Shown piece by piece: positions 8,391 to 17,942 of a stretch of 64,000 nt of DNA (within the stretch, counting starts at the first letter, position 1; each line of letters begins with the position of its first letter). A model generated the notes under the pieces. That model did not search any database. It was not told the DNA's origin and saw nothing but the letters and a program-made list of their open reading frames with translations. Made by a program: the position numbers and the translations under genes. The stretch is from the sequence record LC680885.1; one strand, 5' to 3'.

Positions 8391-9422
8391 GTGAAATACT
8401 TGAAGAATTTCAATGAAGTAGAAAGTGAATTAAAATATTTCATAGAACAAACAGATAACGATTCTTTTCCTGTTGATTTATATGATAAATTAATTGATAT
8501 TGAAAAGTATGCAGATGTAGATTCTTTTACAAGTGATCAAGTTAGGAAATCGGTTAAATATCTTGTTGCTTTAAAAGATTCACTAGAAAGATTTGAAATT
8601 GAAAATGAACAGTCTGAAATGGCAGTTAATATGGTTCTTCATAAAATAGAATTTTTAAAAGATAAGTATAATACTCTTTATATTAATAAACGTGTTCCAA
8701 ATAATGGTTACATAGATAATTTATATAAAGAAGATTTCAGTTCTAATATTAATACAGAATTTAATTTTAAACAATTAACTGTAGCATTAGCTGAAAGCCC
8801 TGCTGATTCTAAACTAGAAAGAAAAGCTGTTATTAATTTCTTAATGGAAGGTAATATGAATTATCTTAATGAAGCTTATGACAATGAAGCTTATGACGAT
8901 GATGATGAAGATTATCTTGATGGTCTTGATAGTAGTTTTGAAACTTCTAAAGAACCTAAAGTTGCTGAAAAGAATTTAAATAGATTAATTGGTTCTGTTA
9001 AAAAAGCAACCGCTTCTTCTAAAAATATGAATGATAAACAATTAGCTAAAGCTAATCGCATTAGATTTGTAAGAGCTTTATTAACTGGAATTTTATTCTG
9101 TATCGGTTTAAAAATTAGTTCAGCAGCTATTGGTAAAGCTAAAACAGCTTTAATAGGGTTATTGACTGTAATTGTTTATAATGCAAGTAAAGGTAATGAA
9201 CTTAATAGACTTATCATTGTATTAGAAGAAAGAATCCAAACTTTAGAGAATAGAATTGATTCGACTGATGATGGAGAAAAGAGAAAAGAATTAAGAATAT
9301 TAAAATCAGATTTAGAAGGTCAACTTAAGAAAGCTAATTTCCAAAAGAAATCTATTGAGAAAACTAAAAATGCGATTTCTCGTGGAGATGTAAACGATAG
9401 TGGGTCAGCGTATGACTATTAA
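8391..9422 (+). CDS. Putative internal head/ejection protein
   Basis: 343 aa; acidic propeptide-like N-half with LNE-A sites, two hydrophobic helices, C-terminal coiled coil; head cluster. Confidence 0.4.
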   Translation: MKYLKNFNEVESELKYFIEQTDNDSFPVDLYDKLIDIEKYADVDSFTSDQVRKSVKYLVALKDSLERFEIENEQSEMAVNMVLHKIEFLKDKYNTLYINKRVPNNGYIDNLYKEDFSSNINTEFNFKQLTVALAESPADSKLERKAVINFLMEGNMNYLNEAYDNEAYDDDDEDYLDGLDSSFETSKEPKVAEKNLNRLIGSVKKATASSKNMNDKQLAKANRIRFVRALLTGILFCIGLKISSAAIGKAKTALIGLLTVIVYNASKGNELNRLIIVLEERIQTLENRIDSTDDGEKRKELRILKSDLEGQLKKANFQKKSIEKTKNAISRGDVNDSGSAYDY

Positions 9423-10086
9423 TAATAGAGATCTTTTATCTGAATCAATTAAAAAATTATTAAATGGTAATAATATTCTTAATGAAGCTGAAGATGATGA
9501 AACTAATAATGATTCTTCAGATACTAATACAGATGATACAAGTTCGGAAGATACTACTAATGATAATGAAGAATCTTCAGAAGAAAATTCAGAAACAGAA
9601 GAAGATAATCAAGATGATAGTAATGAAGATGATTCTAGTACAGATGACTCTGAAAGTGATTCAGAATTAGATGATGGTTCAGAAGAGAATTCAGATGAAG
9701 ACAATCCTTTAGACGATCAATCTGAAGAAGAAAATAATGAACCTAAAGAAACTAATTCTGATAAATATTTAAAATTACAAATATTTAATAAATTAAATGA
9801 TTTAATAGATGTTTCATTAAAATTTAAAGATATTGTAAATGAAAAGAATATGGAATCTTTTGATAAAAATGAAAAAGAAAAAATGAGTGAAATTACAGTA
9901 CAGACTTCAAATAATTTAGACAGTTTAATTGATAGTATTAATTTATTTAACAATAAATTTATAAATAATATTGATGCTGATAAATGTGAGAAACTTTATA
10001 AGAAGTTTGAAAATACTTATAATGAAATCTTCAATATTTATTTAAAAGAATACAATAAATTGAATAAAGACAAAAAAAGCAAATAG
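9400..10086 (+). CDS. Putative prohead scaffold/core protein
   Basis: 228 aa with an ~85 aa D/E/S/N-rich tract, immediately upstream of the major capsid gene; start could be GTG 9400 or ATG 9412. Confidence 0.5.
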   Translation: MGQRMTINNRDLLSESIKKLLNGNNILNEAEDDETNNDSSDTNTDDTSSEDTTNDNEESSEENSETEEDNQDDSNEDDSSTDDSESDSELDDGSEENSDEDNPLDDQSEEENNEPKETNSDKYLKLQIFNKLNDLIDVSLKFKDIVNEKNMESFDKNEKEKMSEITVQTSNNLDSLIDSINLFNNKFINNIDADKCEKLYKKFENTYNEIFNIYLKEYNKLNKDKKSK

Positions 10087-10135
10087 TTTTATATTTCAAA
10101 TTTTATTCCGTTTTATTAATATTTATAAAATTAAT

Positions 10136-10147
10136 AACATTAACATA
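10136..10147 (+). promoter_or_regulatory. Putative late promoter of the major capsid gene
   Basis: AACAttaacaTA in the AT-rich gap upstream of 10265. Confidence 0.55.
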
Positions 10148-10264
10148 TGAAAAGAAATATTTCATTACAAATAATGATTATTTTTTATAAACAAATTTAT
10201 ATAATAAAATTAATAAATATAAACTACACGCTAATATATTTAAGAAAAGGAGCAGAAAAAATTT

Positions 10265-11869
10265 ATGTTAAACCCAAACAGAATTAAAGATGAATTTTCG
10301 GTTCGTTTAGAAGATATCGAAAACTCTATTAATGAATCATATAACCTTAGTACTATCGGCGGAGATTTCGCTGCTATTGCTACTGACGATGCAGTATTTG
10401 AAAGCTATAAAGATCAATTATTAGAAGGTTTTGACGCTGCTGAAGGAGAAGCTTTAGCTGGAATGTTAGATAATACTCGTGAAGAAATCTTAATGGAATC
10501 TTCAATGGGACCTATCCAACCTTACGCTTCACTTTCTATGCCTATTTTAGTTAAACTTTGGGCTCGTTTAGCTTTAACTGAAGCTTTACCAACTCAAGTT
10601 GCTAACAAACCAAACTTTACAGTTCCAATCTTAACTCCATATGTTGTGGATGCAGATGGTAACAAACATGCTTTACCAGAATCAATTAACAATACACCTG
10701 AAACTTTAGTTGGATTAGTTCAAATTAAAGAAGATATCGCAGTTGAAGGTGGAAAAGTTACTGATTACGATTTATTTACTGGATTAAAAGAAGGTAAAGA
10801 AGTTCGTAAAGGTATTGACCGTTTAGATCGTAAATTCAAAATCGTTGAAGCTAAATGGAGTGATTCATTCGATGAACGTACTTCAGCTGCAGGATTCGTT
10901 GAATTAGGTTCTAATGTAGTTAAATTACAAGACAATGATACATTAGTAGGACAAATTAAATACCCTACAAATGGTGATGGTGAAGTTGAAACTGATACTA
11001 TCTTAGGTAAAGTAGATGTTTCTTCAGGTGAACTTACTTTGACTTCTGCTTCAGGTAAATTAACTGATGTTAAAGTTAAAGGTTATGTAGCTTCTGAACA
11101 ACATACTTCAGCTACAAACGTTGAACTTGGTTTAACTCGTAAAGACGTTGTTATTGATACAGCTCAACACATCGAAGCTACAGTACCTCTTGAAGTAATT
11201 CAAGATATGAAAGCTACTTACGATATCGATGGAGTTGCTCGTTTATCTGAAACTATGTCTCAATTATCTAGTCAAAAAGTTGACTTAGACATTATTGAAT
11301 TCTTAGATCACGAATATAAAGAAACTGATGCTAAATATCACTTCAGCTTCGATGTATTCCCACATAGTGATTACAGTGCTCACCCTAAAGATTGGTTAGA
11401 AGGTCTACGTGAAGTAATTGACCACACTACTCAATCAATGAAAAACGATTACAAACTATATGACGTTCAATTCGTTATCGTTGGTAACCCATTAGATGTT
11501 CGTTTAATCCCTAACGTTTCTTGGACTTTCAATGGTGGAGACCGTAACGCTGATGCTTATTCTAACGGAATCAAAATTAACTATTCATTAGGTGCTGCTT
11601 CAGGTACTGCTAACTACCGTATTATCGGTTCTGACTTAGTTCGTCAAGGTGAATTGACTATTATTGCAATTCCTCAACAAGACAACTATAAAACATTCAT
11701 GTTCTACCCTTACACATTCAACGTTGTAAATGGTGGAGGTTACCTAAATACTCGTAACCCTAATGTTCCTAACATGATGATGACTCGTAGATATACAGTT
11801 GAATCATTTGTTCCGATCATTGGACGTATTACAATCAAAAACAACAACGGTTCAGTATACGCTCGATAA
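10265..11869 (+). CDS. Major capsid protein (HK97 fold, T4 gp23-like)
   Basis: 534 aa; IQPYASLSMPILVKLWARLALTEALPTQVANKP resembles the gp23 N-arm/E-loop start; strong RBS; high-expression codons; downstream terminator. Confidence 0.85.
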   Translation: MLNPNRIKDEFSVRLEDIENSINESYNLSTIGGDFAAIATDDAVFESYKDQLLEGFDAAEGEALAGMLDNTREEILMESSMGPIQPYASLSMPILVKLWARLALTEALPTQVANKPNFTVPILTPYVVDADGNKHALPESINNTPETLVGLVQIKEDIAVEGGKVTDYDLFTGLKEGKEVRKGIDRLDRKFKIVEAKWSDSFDERTSAAGFVELGSNVVKLQDNDTLVGQIKYPTNGDGEVETDTILGKVDVSSGELTLTSASGKLTDVKVKGYVASEQHTSATNVELGLTRKDVVIDTAQHIEATVPLEVIQDMKATYDIDGVARLSETMSQLSSQKVDLDIIEFLDHEYKETDAKYHFSFDVFPHSDYSAHPKDWLEGLREVIDHTTQSMKNDYKLYDVQFVIVGNPLDVRLIPNVSWTFNGGDRNADAYSNGIKINYSLGAASGTANYRIIGSDLVRQGELTIIAIPQQDNYKTFMFYPYTFNVVNGGGYLNTRNPNVPNMMMTRRYTVESFVPIIGRITIKNNNGSVYAR

Positions 11870-11899
11870 GAGTAGTACTTTATCATTGTTATTTATATT

Positions 11900-11928
11900 A
11901 CCCATACATCTCTCTGAGGTGTATGGGT
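11900..11928 (+). terminator. Intrinsic terminator after the major capsid gene
   Basis: acccatacatc/ggtgtatgggt stem plus T-run. Confidence 0.8.
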
Positions 11929-11962
11929 TTATTTTATATCAAAAAGGAGAATATAATTCATT

Positions 11963-13117
11963 ATGAATTTACAAGAAGAACAACAATTAAATAAAATTAA
12001 TAAAATAATGAATATCAATGAAGATGCTTTTAATTTTAGTAAAAATACTTCATTATTGAGAGAAATAGATGAAGAATTTAAAACATTATTAGATAGTTAT
12101 AATTATGATAAATCTGATTTTGATTTAATTGATAAACATGAAATAAATAAAATATCTACTAATATTTCTAAAATCACTAAGAAGCTATTTAATACTAATA
12201 TGAAATTAAAATTTGTTGAAGCTGATCCTAAAGGAAAAGATAAATTTAGAGTTGAATCAATTGCAAGTACAATTATAAAACCAGAACAAATTAGAAATAC
12301 ATTAGATGGAATTTCTAAAATAGTTATAGAAGAAAAGAATGGAATATATTATTCTAAACCTAGAGAAATTGAAGTTTTTATGGAGTTATCATCTTTAAGA
12401 TACTTTTTAGAAATGAAAAAGAATTCTAAGAAGGTAGTTTTTTCTAATTTTAATGAAAGAGTTTGTACTTCAGTACTACTACATGAAATAGGTCATAATC
12501 TATTTTTACCTATTGAAATTAAAGTAATAACTCAAGGCAAAGAACCTGCTTTTGAGCTTAAATATAAAGACAATAAACCGGTACAATTTCAATATACTAA
12601 AGATATAGAAGCGGACACTGATAGAAATTTAAAATTAGCTGGTCCTATGATAATTTCTATGACACTAATGGTTGCTATTTTAACTTCATTAACAGGTGTA
12701 GCTGCTATAACTGGAATTACTTCTATTTTTTCTTTCTTTAAATTAGGATCAATGGATAATAAAAGAGTAGAAAAAATGAATTATAATCTATCTGAAAGAT
12801 CTGCTAATCAATTACCTGCTTTATATGGATATGCAAAAGAGAATATAATGCTTTACGATATGGTTTATGCTGCAACTAATAGTAAAATGGAAAAAACTAA
12901 AAATAATATTTTCAGTAAAATATTTAGAGGATTAATGTATCCTGGTAGATTATTTATTAGAAATTATAAAGACTATTCATCAGATTCCATTGATAATACT
13001 ATTAAGACTCTTAAATTTGAAATAAGTAACCCTAATAATAGTAAAGAAGTTAAAGAAAGTTTAAAACAACAACTTTCTGATATTCAAACTTTGATGAAGA
13101 AATCAGATAGAATGTAG
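11963..13117 (+). CDS. Putative virion zincin metallopeptidase with hydrophobic segment
   Basis: VLLHEIGH motif, downstream ERSAN as candidate third ligand, hydrophobic stretch PMIISMTLMVAILTSLTGVAAITGITSIFSFF. Confidence 0.5.
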   Translation: MNLQEEQQLNKINKIMNINEDAFNFSKNTSLLREIDEEFKTLLDSYNYDKSDFDLIDKHEINKISTNISKITKKLFNTNMKLKFVEADPKGKDKFRVESIASTIIKPEQIRNTLDGISKIVIEEKNGIYYSKPREIEVFMELSSLRYFLEMKKNSKKVVFSNFNERVCTSVLLHEIGHNLFLPIEIKVITQGKEPAFELKYKDNKPVQFQYTKDIEADTDRNLKLAGPMIISMTLMVAILTSLTGVAAITGITSIFSFFKLGSMDNKRVEKMNYNLSERSANQLPALYGYAKENIMLYDMVYAATNSKMEKTKNNIFSKIFRGLMYPGRLFIRNYKDYSSDSIDNTIKTLKFEISNPNNSKEVKESLKQQLSDIQTLMKKSDRM

Positions 13118-13142
13118 ATAAGAAAAGTGAGTTGAAATAAAT

Positions 13143-15176
13143 ATGACTACTAAACCAAAATTAAAGAAAAAAGTGTATTATGATTATAAAACTAATAATG
13201 TTAGTTTTTTAAGAGTAGCTAGAGATCTTAAGAAGAACAACGTTAGAAATTATGGTATTCCATTAACTTTATATGATAAAAATCTTGTGGGAGTAGATCC
13301 TTGGGATCCTGAACTTTCTGATGAAATGAAAACTCGTGTGTTAAGAGAAGCTAAAATTAATATATGGTTTTATCTAAGGGAAGTTATAAGAGTTCCTGTT
13401 CCTGGTGGTAAGGTTATGTATGAACTTCATAGAGGTAATATGGCTATGACTTTTTGTATGCTACATAACCTCGATACAGCTATAATGCTTCCACGTCAGC
13501 ACTATAAAACATATTCAGCTGTATGTTATTATTCATGGATAATGTTATTAGTAGGTAGTAACTATACAATGCTATTTACACATAAATCATATTCAGATAC
13601 AACGGAAAACTTAAAACGTCTTAAAAACTTATTTAAAGAGAAGTGTTTACCTGAATATGTATTAGCTAACTTTGGTGATAAAAATGATAGAGATAAGATT
13701 AATGAGTTTCAATTAGCTAGTAATAATAATACCATTAAAACAGTTTCACCACCAACCAATGCTGAATCTGCAAACAAGGCAGGAAGAGGTAGTACCGTTC
13801 CAATGGTTTGGCTAGATGAGTGGGCTTTCATTCCACATAATCAAACAATGTTTGAAGCAATGAGACCGGCAGTCTCTACAGCATCAGCTATAGCTAAAAA
13901 GAACGGTACACCTTATGGTCTTCTTATCACCACAACACCGAGTACTTTAGATGTACCTCAAGGACAGTTTTTCTTTGAACAAATGAATGATGCGGCTCAA
14001 TGGACAGAAAAAATATATGATTATTACATTAATTCTGAAGAAGAAGGTAACGAAAAATTAGAAGAATATATGGAAAGTAATTCAGGTAATTCATTCATCT
14101 ATATAGAATATTCATATAAAGAATTAGGTAAAGATGACACTTGGTTAGAAAAGCAAAAACGTCAAATTGGTTCTTTAGAAGCAGTTAAACGTGAAATACT
14201 CCTTGAATGGGCATTTAGTAACGATGATTCATTATTTGATGAAGAACAAATGTCAGAATTATCATTATATGCAAATAAAGAGATATATAATACTATTGAT
14301 TTTAAAATAAATGGTAAAACTTATTATGTTCATATGGTTAAAAAGATGGAAAATATGCATGAAAAGAACTGGCTTGTTGGTATTGACATATCTGGCGGTC
14401 TTGGTCGAGATAATACTGCATTTACTGTAGTTGATCCGGGTACATTAGAACCAGTAATGGTCTTCCAAAATAATATAATTAATGGTCCTACTTTCAGAAA
14501 ATTAATTAAAGAACTTATTACACTTTATATACCTAATGCAGTATTAATACCTGAACGTAACTATGCTGGTACAGTAATGATAGAAGATATGATTCAAACT
14601 GATAATATTGGAGATAATATTTTTTATTCATTAAAGAATAGAACAGCAGAAAAACAAGTTGAAGTTAATAAACAAGTATTTAATGAAATGCCTAGACATA
14701 GTACTAATAAAGTTACTAAACAAGTAAGAAGATATGGTATCGATACAACTAAAAAATCTCGTGACTTAATGCTTAATGAAATTTTATCAATGATAGTTGA
14801 AGAAAAGCCTTATCTGGTTAATAATAAACCATTATTCCAACAAATAAAATCTCTTCAAATGAAAAAAGGTAGAATTGATCATCCTGATGGCGGTCATGAT
14901 GACTTACTTATGAGTTATTTATTCTGCTTATACGCATACTATTATGAAAAAGATATTAAGAAATTTGTTAAAGTTAAATACGGTTCAATAGTATCTCCAA
15001 CTGGAGAAAATGCGGAAGAGATTGAAAAAGAAAGACAAGCTAGAAGAAAAGATATTGCATCCATAAAACGTATTGGTGGAATTATTGATGGTAATTCTCC
15101 TAGCAATCCTCTATTACAGAATAATAATTCCGCTCCAAATCAAAAATCAAAAAGAATAATGAATTTATTGGATTGA
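13143..15176 (+). CDS. terL: Terminase large subunit
   Basis: PRQHYKT (Walker A), VWLDEWAF (Walker B), ITTTP coupling motif, VGIDISGG and GHDDLLMS nuclease motifs. Confidence 0.92.
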   Translation: MTTKPKLKKKVYYDYKTNNVSFLRVARDLKKNNVRNYGIPLTLYDKNLVGVDPWDPELSDEMKTRVLREAKINIWFYLREVIRVPVPGGKVMYELHRGNMAMTFCMLHNLDTAIMLPRQHYKTYSAVCYYSWIMLLVGSNYTMLFTHKSYSDTTENLKRLKNLFKEKCLPEYVLANFGDKNDRDKINEFQLASNNNTIKTVSPPTNAESANKAGRGSTVPMVWLDEWAFIPHNQTMFEAMRPAVSTASAIAKKNGTPYGLLITTTPSTLDVPQGQFFFEQMNDAAQWTEKIYDYYINSEEEGNEKLEEYMESNSGNSFIYIEYSYKELGKDDTWLEKQKRQIGSLEAVKREILLEWAFSNDDSLFDEEQMSELSLYANKEIYNTIDFKINGKTYYVHMVKKMENMHEKNWLVGIDISGGLGRDNTAFTVVDPGTLEPVMVFQNNIINGPTFRKLIKELITLYIPNAVLIPERNYAGTVMIEDMIQTDNIGDNIFYSLKNRTAEKQVEVNKQVFNEMPRHSTNKVTKQVRRYGIDTTKKSRDLMLNEILSMIVEEKPYLVNNKPLFQQIKSLQMKKGRIDHPDGGHDDLLMSYLFCLYAYYYEKDIKKFVKVKYGSIVSPTGENAEEIEKERQARRKDIASIKRIGGIIDGNSPSNPLLQNNNSAPNQKSKRIMNLLD

Positions 15177-15184
15177 TTACAATA

Positions 15185-15216
15185 AAGGTAATGGCATAAT
15201 AATTTGTCATTACCTT
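15185..15216 (+). terminator. Intrinsic terminator after terL
   Basis: aaggtaatggca/tgtcattacctt stem followed by a T-run. Confidence 0.75.
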
Positions 15217-15354
15217 TTTATTATCACAAATTTTTATTATTCCATCTTAACTAATTTGTATAATAGAATTTCAAGAATAATTTTAAATTAGAATTTTTTC
15301 TAAATTTAATAGAATAATATAATATATAATAATAAAACGGATGGTGAAAATAAA

Positions 15355-16146
15355 TTGGCAAAAACATATTTAATTGACGATAAAGATGATTTAGAAATGG
15401 TAAAAGAAGAATATGATGAAGTCATTATGAATATATCTGAAGACATTATGATTGATAATATTAAAGAACAAATTGAAGATTCAAATTCAAGACAGTTCTA
15501 TATTAATCAATATCATAAAGATTTCTTTGAATACTTTGAAATTAGATTTAAATTTATTTTAGAAAGATATAAAGAAGATAATGATATCTTAATTAAAACT
15601 AAACAAGTTTATCATGATATTCTTAATGAAATTCAAGAATCTATTGAAAATACTTATCAGTTTTCTTTAGAATTTCCAGAAGATATTTTAATTGAAGATA
15701 AAGCTCAATACATTAAATCATTGTATAATTTCTTTGTATTAAATAAAAAAGAAACTTTAAATAATTTATTTATTAACTATATTGAGAAGAATATAATGCA
15801 ATTAGCTAAAACTTATAAAGATAGTATGGATGAAGATGTTATTAACTCTCTTTCATATAATAACTTAAAGAAAACTATTGATAATGATTATACACCTTTA
15901 GTATATTCTATTCCTGAAATTATTGATGGTATTCATATTTCTGATAATGAAGATGTAATAGAGACTATTATCTATGATGAAGAATCTGAATTAAATAACT
16001 ATCAAATTGATAAAATGTTAGTAGAACAATCTGTAACAGATGTTAGATTTGATAATCATTTAATTAATGTATTTAGAGATTCTTTTATAGAGAATAATGT
16101 ATTACATCGAGAAGTTCAATACTATTTTATAGATAAGTATAAATAA
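15355..16146 (+). CDS. Hypothetical protein (acidic)
   Basis: 263 aa ORF, TTG start with GGTGA RBS. Confidence 0.75.
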   Translation: MAKTYLIDDKDDLEMVKEEYDEVIMNISEDIMIDNIKEQIEDSNSRQFYINQYHKDFFEYFEIRFKFILERYKEDNDILIKTKQVYHDILNEIQESIENTYQFSLEFPEDILIEDKAQYIKSLYNFFVLNKKETLNNLFINYIEKNIMQLAKTYKDSMDEDVINSLSYNNLKKTIDNDYTPLVYSIPEIIDGIHISDNEDVIETIIYDEESELNNYQIDKMLVEQSVTDVRFDNHLINVFRDSFIENNVLHREVQYYFIDKYK

Positions 16147-16170
16147 TAACATATAAGGAGAAAAGCTAAA

Positions 16171-16917
16171 ATGACTGAAGATAAGAGCAAAGAATTAGAT
16201 TTAGAAAAATTAGAACAAGATATAGAACAAGCTAATGATGAATTCGAAAAAGAAAATGAAAAGATTGAGAAAGAGTTAGAAGAAACAAAAGAGGGAATTA
16301 ATAAAGAAATAGCTTCTTATTATGGTAAAGATAGTATTAGTCTTAATGACACTATTTCAGTAGATGCTAAGGTTAATAGATACCAAGAAAAATTAGACTT
16401 TATTAATGGAGATTTAAGTTTTGATAGTGAAGATGATATTCCTGAAAGACTTAAACCTTTTAAAAATATGGAAATAAAAGATACTAAACAAATTGAAAAT
16501 ATTATTCAACAAATTAAAGACAGTAAAGAAGCTAAACATCTTGTAGAAAATATTACTATTAGTAAATTACCAGTTAATGATAATAAACTTAAAAAAGTAA
16601 ATGAAAAATTAAATATGAAAATTTACAGATATAATAAGTTACATGGTAATGAAAATAATGAATATAATTACATTGATTTAGAAGATATTCATAATACTCT
16701 AAAAAATGCTTTAGACAACGATAGTTTCAAAGAATCAAATACATTATACAAATTTATGTGTGCATTAGGTTCATACATGTCGCAAAATTATGAAAAATAT
16801 CCTTACTATATAAAATCTCTTTCTGAAAACGTTGACTACATTGGAAAATTCGGTAATAAATTGGATCAGAACGAAGACTTTATCAAAGTAATAAATAGTA
16901 TTCTTAAGAAATACTAA
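16171..16917 (+). CDS. Hypothetical protein with N-terminal coiled coil
   Basis: 248 aa ORF with AAGGAG RBS. Confidence 0.75.
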   Translation: MTEDKSKELDLEKLEQDIEQANDEFEKENEKIEKELEETKEGINKEIASYYGKDSISLNDTISVDAKVNRYQEKLDFINGDLSFDSEDDIPERLKPFKNMEIKDTKQIENIIQQIKDSKEAKHLVENITISKLPVNDNKLKKVNEKLNMKIYRYNKLHGNENNEYNYIDLEDIHNTLKNALDNDSFKESNTLYKFMCALGSYMSQNYEKYPYYIKSLSENVDYIGKFGNKLDQNEDFIKVINSILKKY

Positions 16918-16919
16918 AA

Positions 16920-16927
16920 TATATTAT
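16920..16927 (+). promoter_or_regulatory. Putative early-type promoter core TATATTAT for the nrd operon
   Basis: TATATTAT 32 nt upstream of nrdH; same core as the longer early motif at 44402, 50536 and 56309. Confidence 0.4.
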
Positions 16928-16959
16928 TAAAAATTATAAGAAAGAGGTTTGATTAAAAG

Positions 16960-17199
16960 ATGGAACAAATTAAATTTTATACTAAGAATAACTGTGCTAA
17001 ATGTGGTTTCAGTAAAATGTTTTTAAATAATAAAGGCGTTGCTTATACTGAAATCAATATTGATGAAGATGAAAGTGCTAAAGAAGAACTTTTATCTAAA
17101 GGATACCAATCATTACCTGTAATTGATTTTGGAACAGATGTAATCGTTGGTAATGATCCTGCTAAATTAAATCAAATTTTATCTACAGTTACCGCTTAA
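16960..17199 (+). CDS. nrdH: Glutaredoxin-like NrdH-redoxin
   Basis: 79 aa; CAKC active site; GYQSLPVI; upstream of nrdI/E/F. Confidence 0.9.
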   Translation: MEQIKFYTKNNCAKCGFSKMFLNNKGVAYTEINIDEDESAKEELLSKGYQSLPVIDFGTDVIVGNDPAKLNQILSTVTA

Positions 17200-17223
17200 T
17201 TAAATATAAAGGAGTCTATAATT

Positions 17224-17424
17224 ATGCAAACTATTTTTAATAGTCCAGAAGAAGTAGATTTTAAAAAATTAGCTGAATTAGCTAGAAATAATGATAATGT
17301 ATTAAATACAAAAGCTGTTCATGAAGGAGAGTACAATTACAATTTCAGTATTGAAGGTTGGAATTACTCATTCAGTTCAGATGGAACTTATTGGAAATGG
17401 AATTATCAACAAGTTAATCAATAA
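17224..17424 (+). CDS. Small protein resembling the N-terminal domain of staphylococcal SceD/IsaA transglycosylases
   Basis: 66 aa with AAGGAG RBS; VDFKKLAELARNND..LN....EGEYNYNF...GWNYSFSSDGTYWKWNY matches the SceD/IsaA N-domain pattern as I recall it; no signal peptide or catalytic domain. Confidence 0.6.
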   Translation: MQTIFNSPEEVDFKKLAELARNNDNVLNTKAVHEGEYNYNFSIEGWNYSFSSDGTYWKWNYQQVNQ

Positions 17425-17442
17425 TAATGATTAATAAAAAAC

Positions 17443-17473
17443 GATCTATCACAGAGATAATCTGTGATGGATC
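17443..17473 (+). terminator. Intrinsic terminator inside the nrd cluster
   Basis: gatctatcacaga/tctgtgatggatc stem plus T-run between the mini-gene and nrdI. Confidence 0.7.
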
Positions 17474-17511
17474 TATTTTTAACGAAAAATTTTATATTTG
17501 GAGAGATTTAA

Positions 17512-17916
17512 ATGAAATTACTTTATTTCTCATTAACAGGAAATAGTAAAAAATTTGCTGAGAAATTAGATAGCTCTATAGTAGGAGAACCTATTGAACT
17601 TAATAGAGATAATTGTGATGATATTAAAATGGATGAAGAGTATGTATTAGTATGTGGATCTTACAATACTCCTCACGCTATTTACAATCATGTAGAAAAA
17701 TTCTTTAATAATGGTAATAATTTAGAATTATGTAAAGGTATAATTGGCTCAGGAAATAGAAACCTAAATTATCAATTCTTAACTACACCTAAAAGATTAT
17801 GTAGTGATTTTAATTTAGAATTGATTGCAGGAGTAGAATTGTTTGGAATTAAAAATGAACATTTAGAAGTAAATAAAAAATTAGAAGAGTTATCTAACTC
17901 TAGTATTATAAATTAA
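17512..17916 (+). CDS. nrdI: Class Ib ribonucleotide reductase flavodoxin NrdI
   Basis: YFSLTGNSKKF and GIIGSGNRN motifs. Confidence 0.92.
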   Translation: MKLLYFSLTGNSKKFAEKLDSSIVGEPIELNRDNCDDIKMDEEYVLVCGSYNTPHAIYNHVEKFFNNGNNLELCKGIIGSGNRNLNYQFLTTPKRLCSDFNLELIAGVELFGIKNEHLEVNKKLEELSNSSIIN

Positions 17917-17942
17917 TATATTGTAAGGAGACTTTTAATAAA

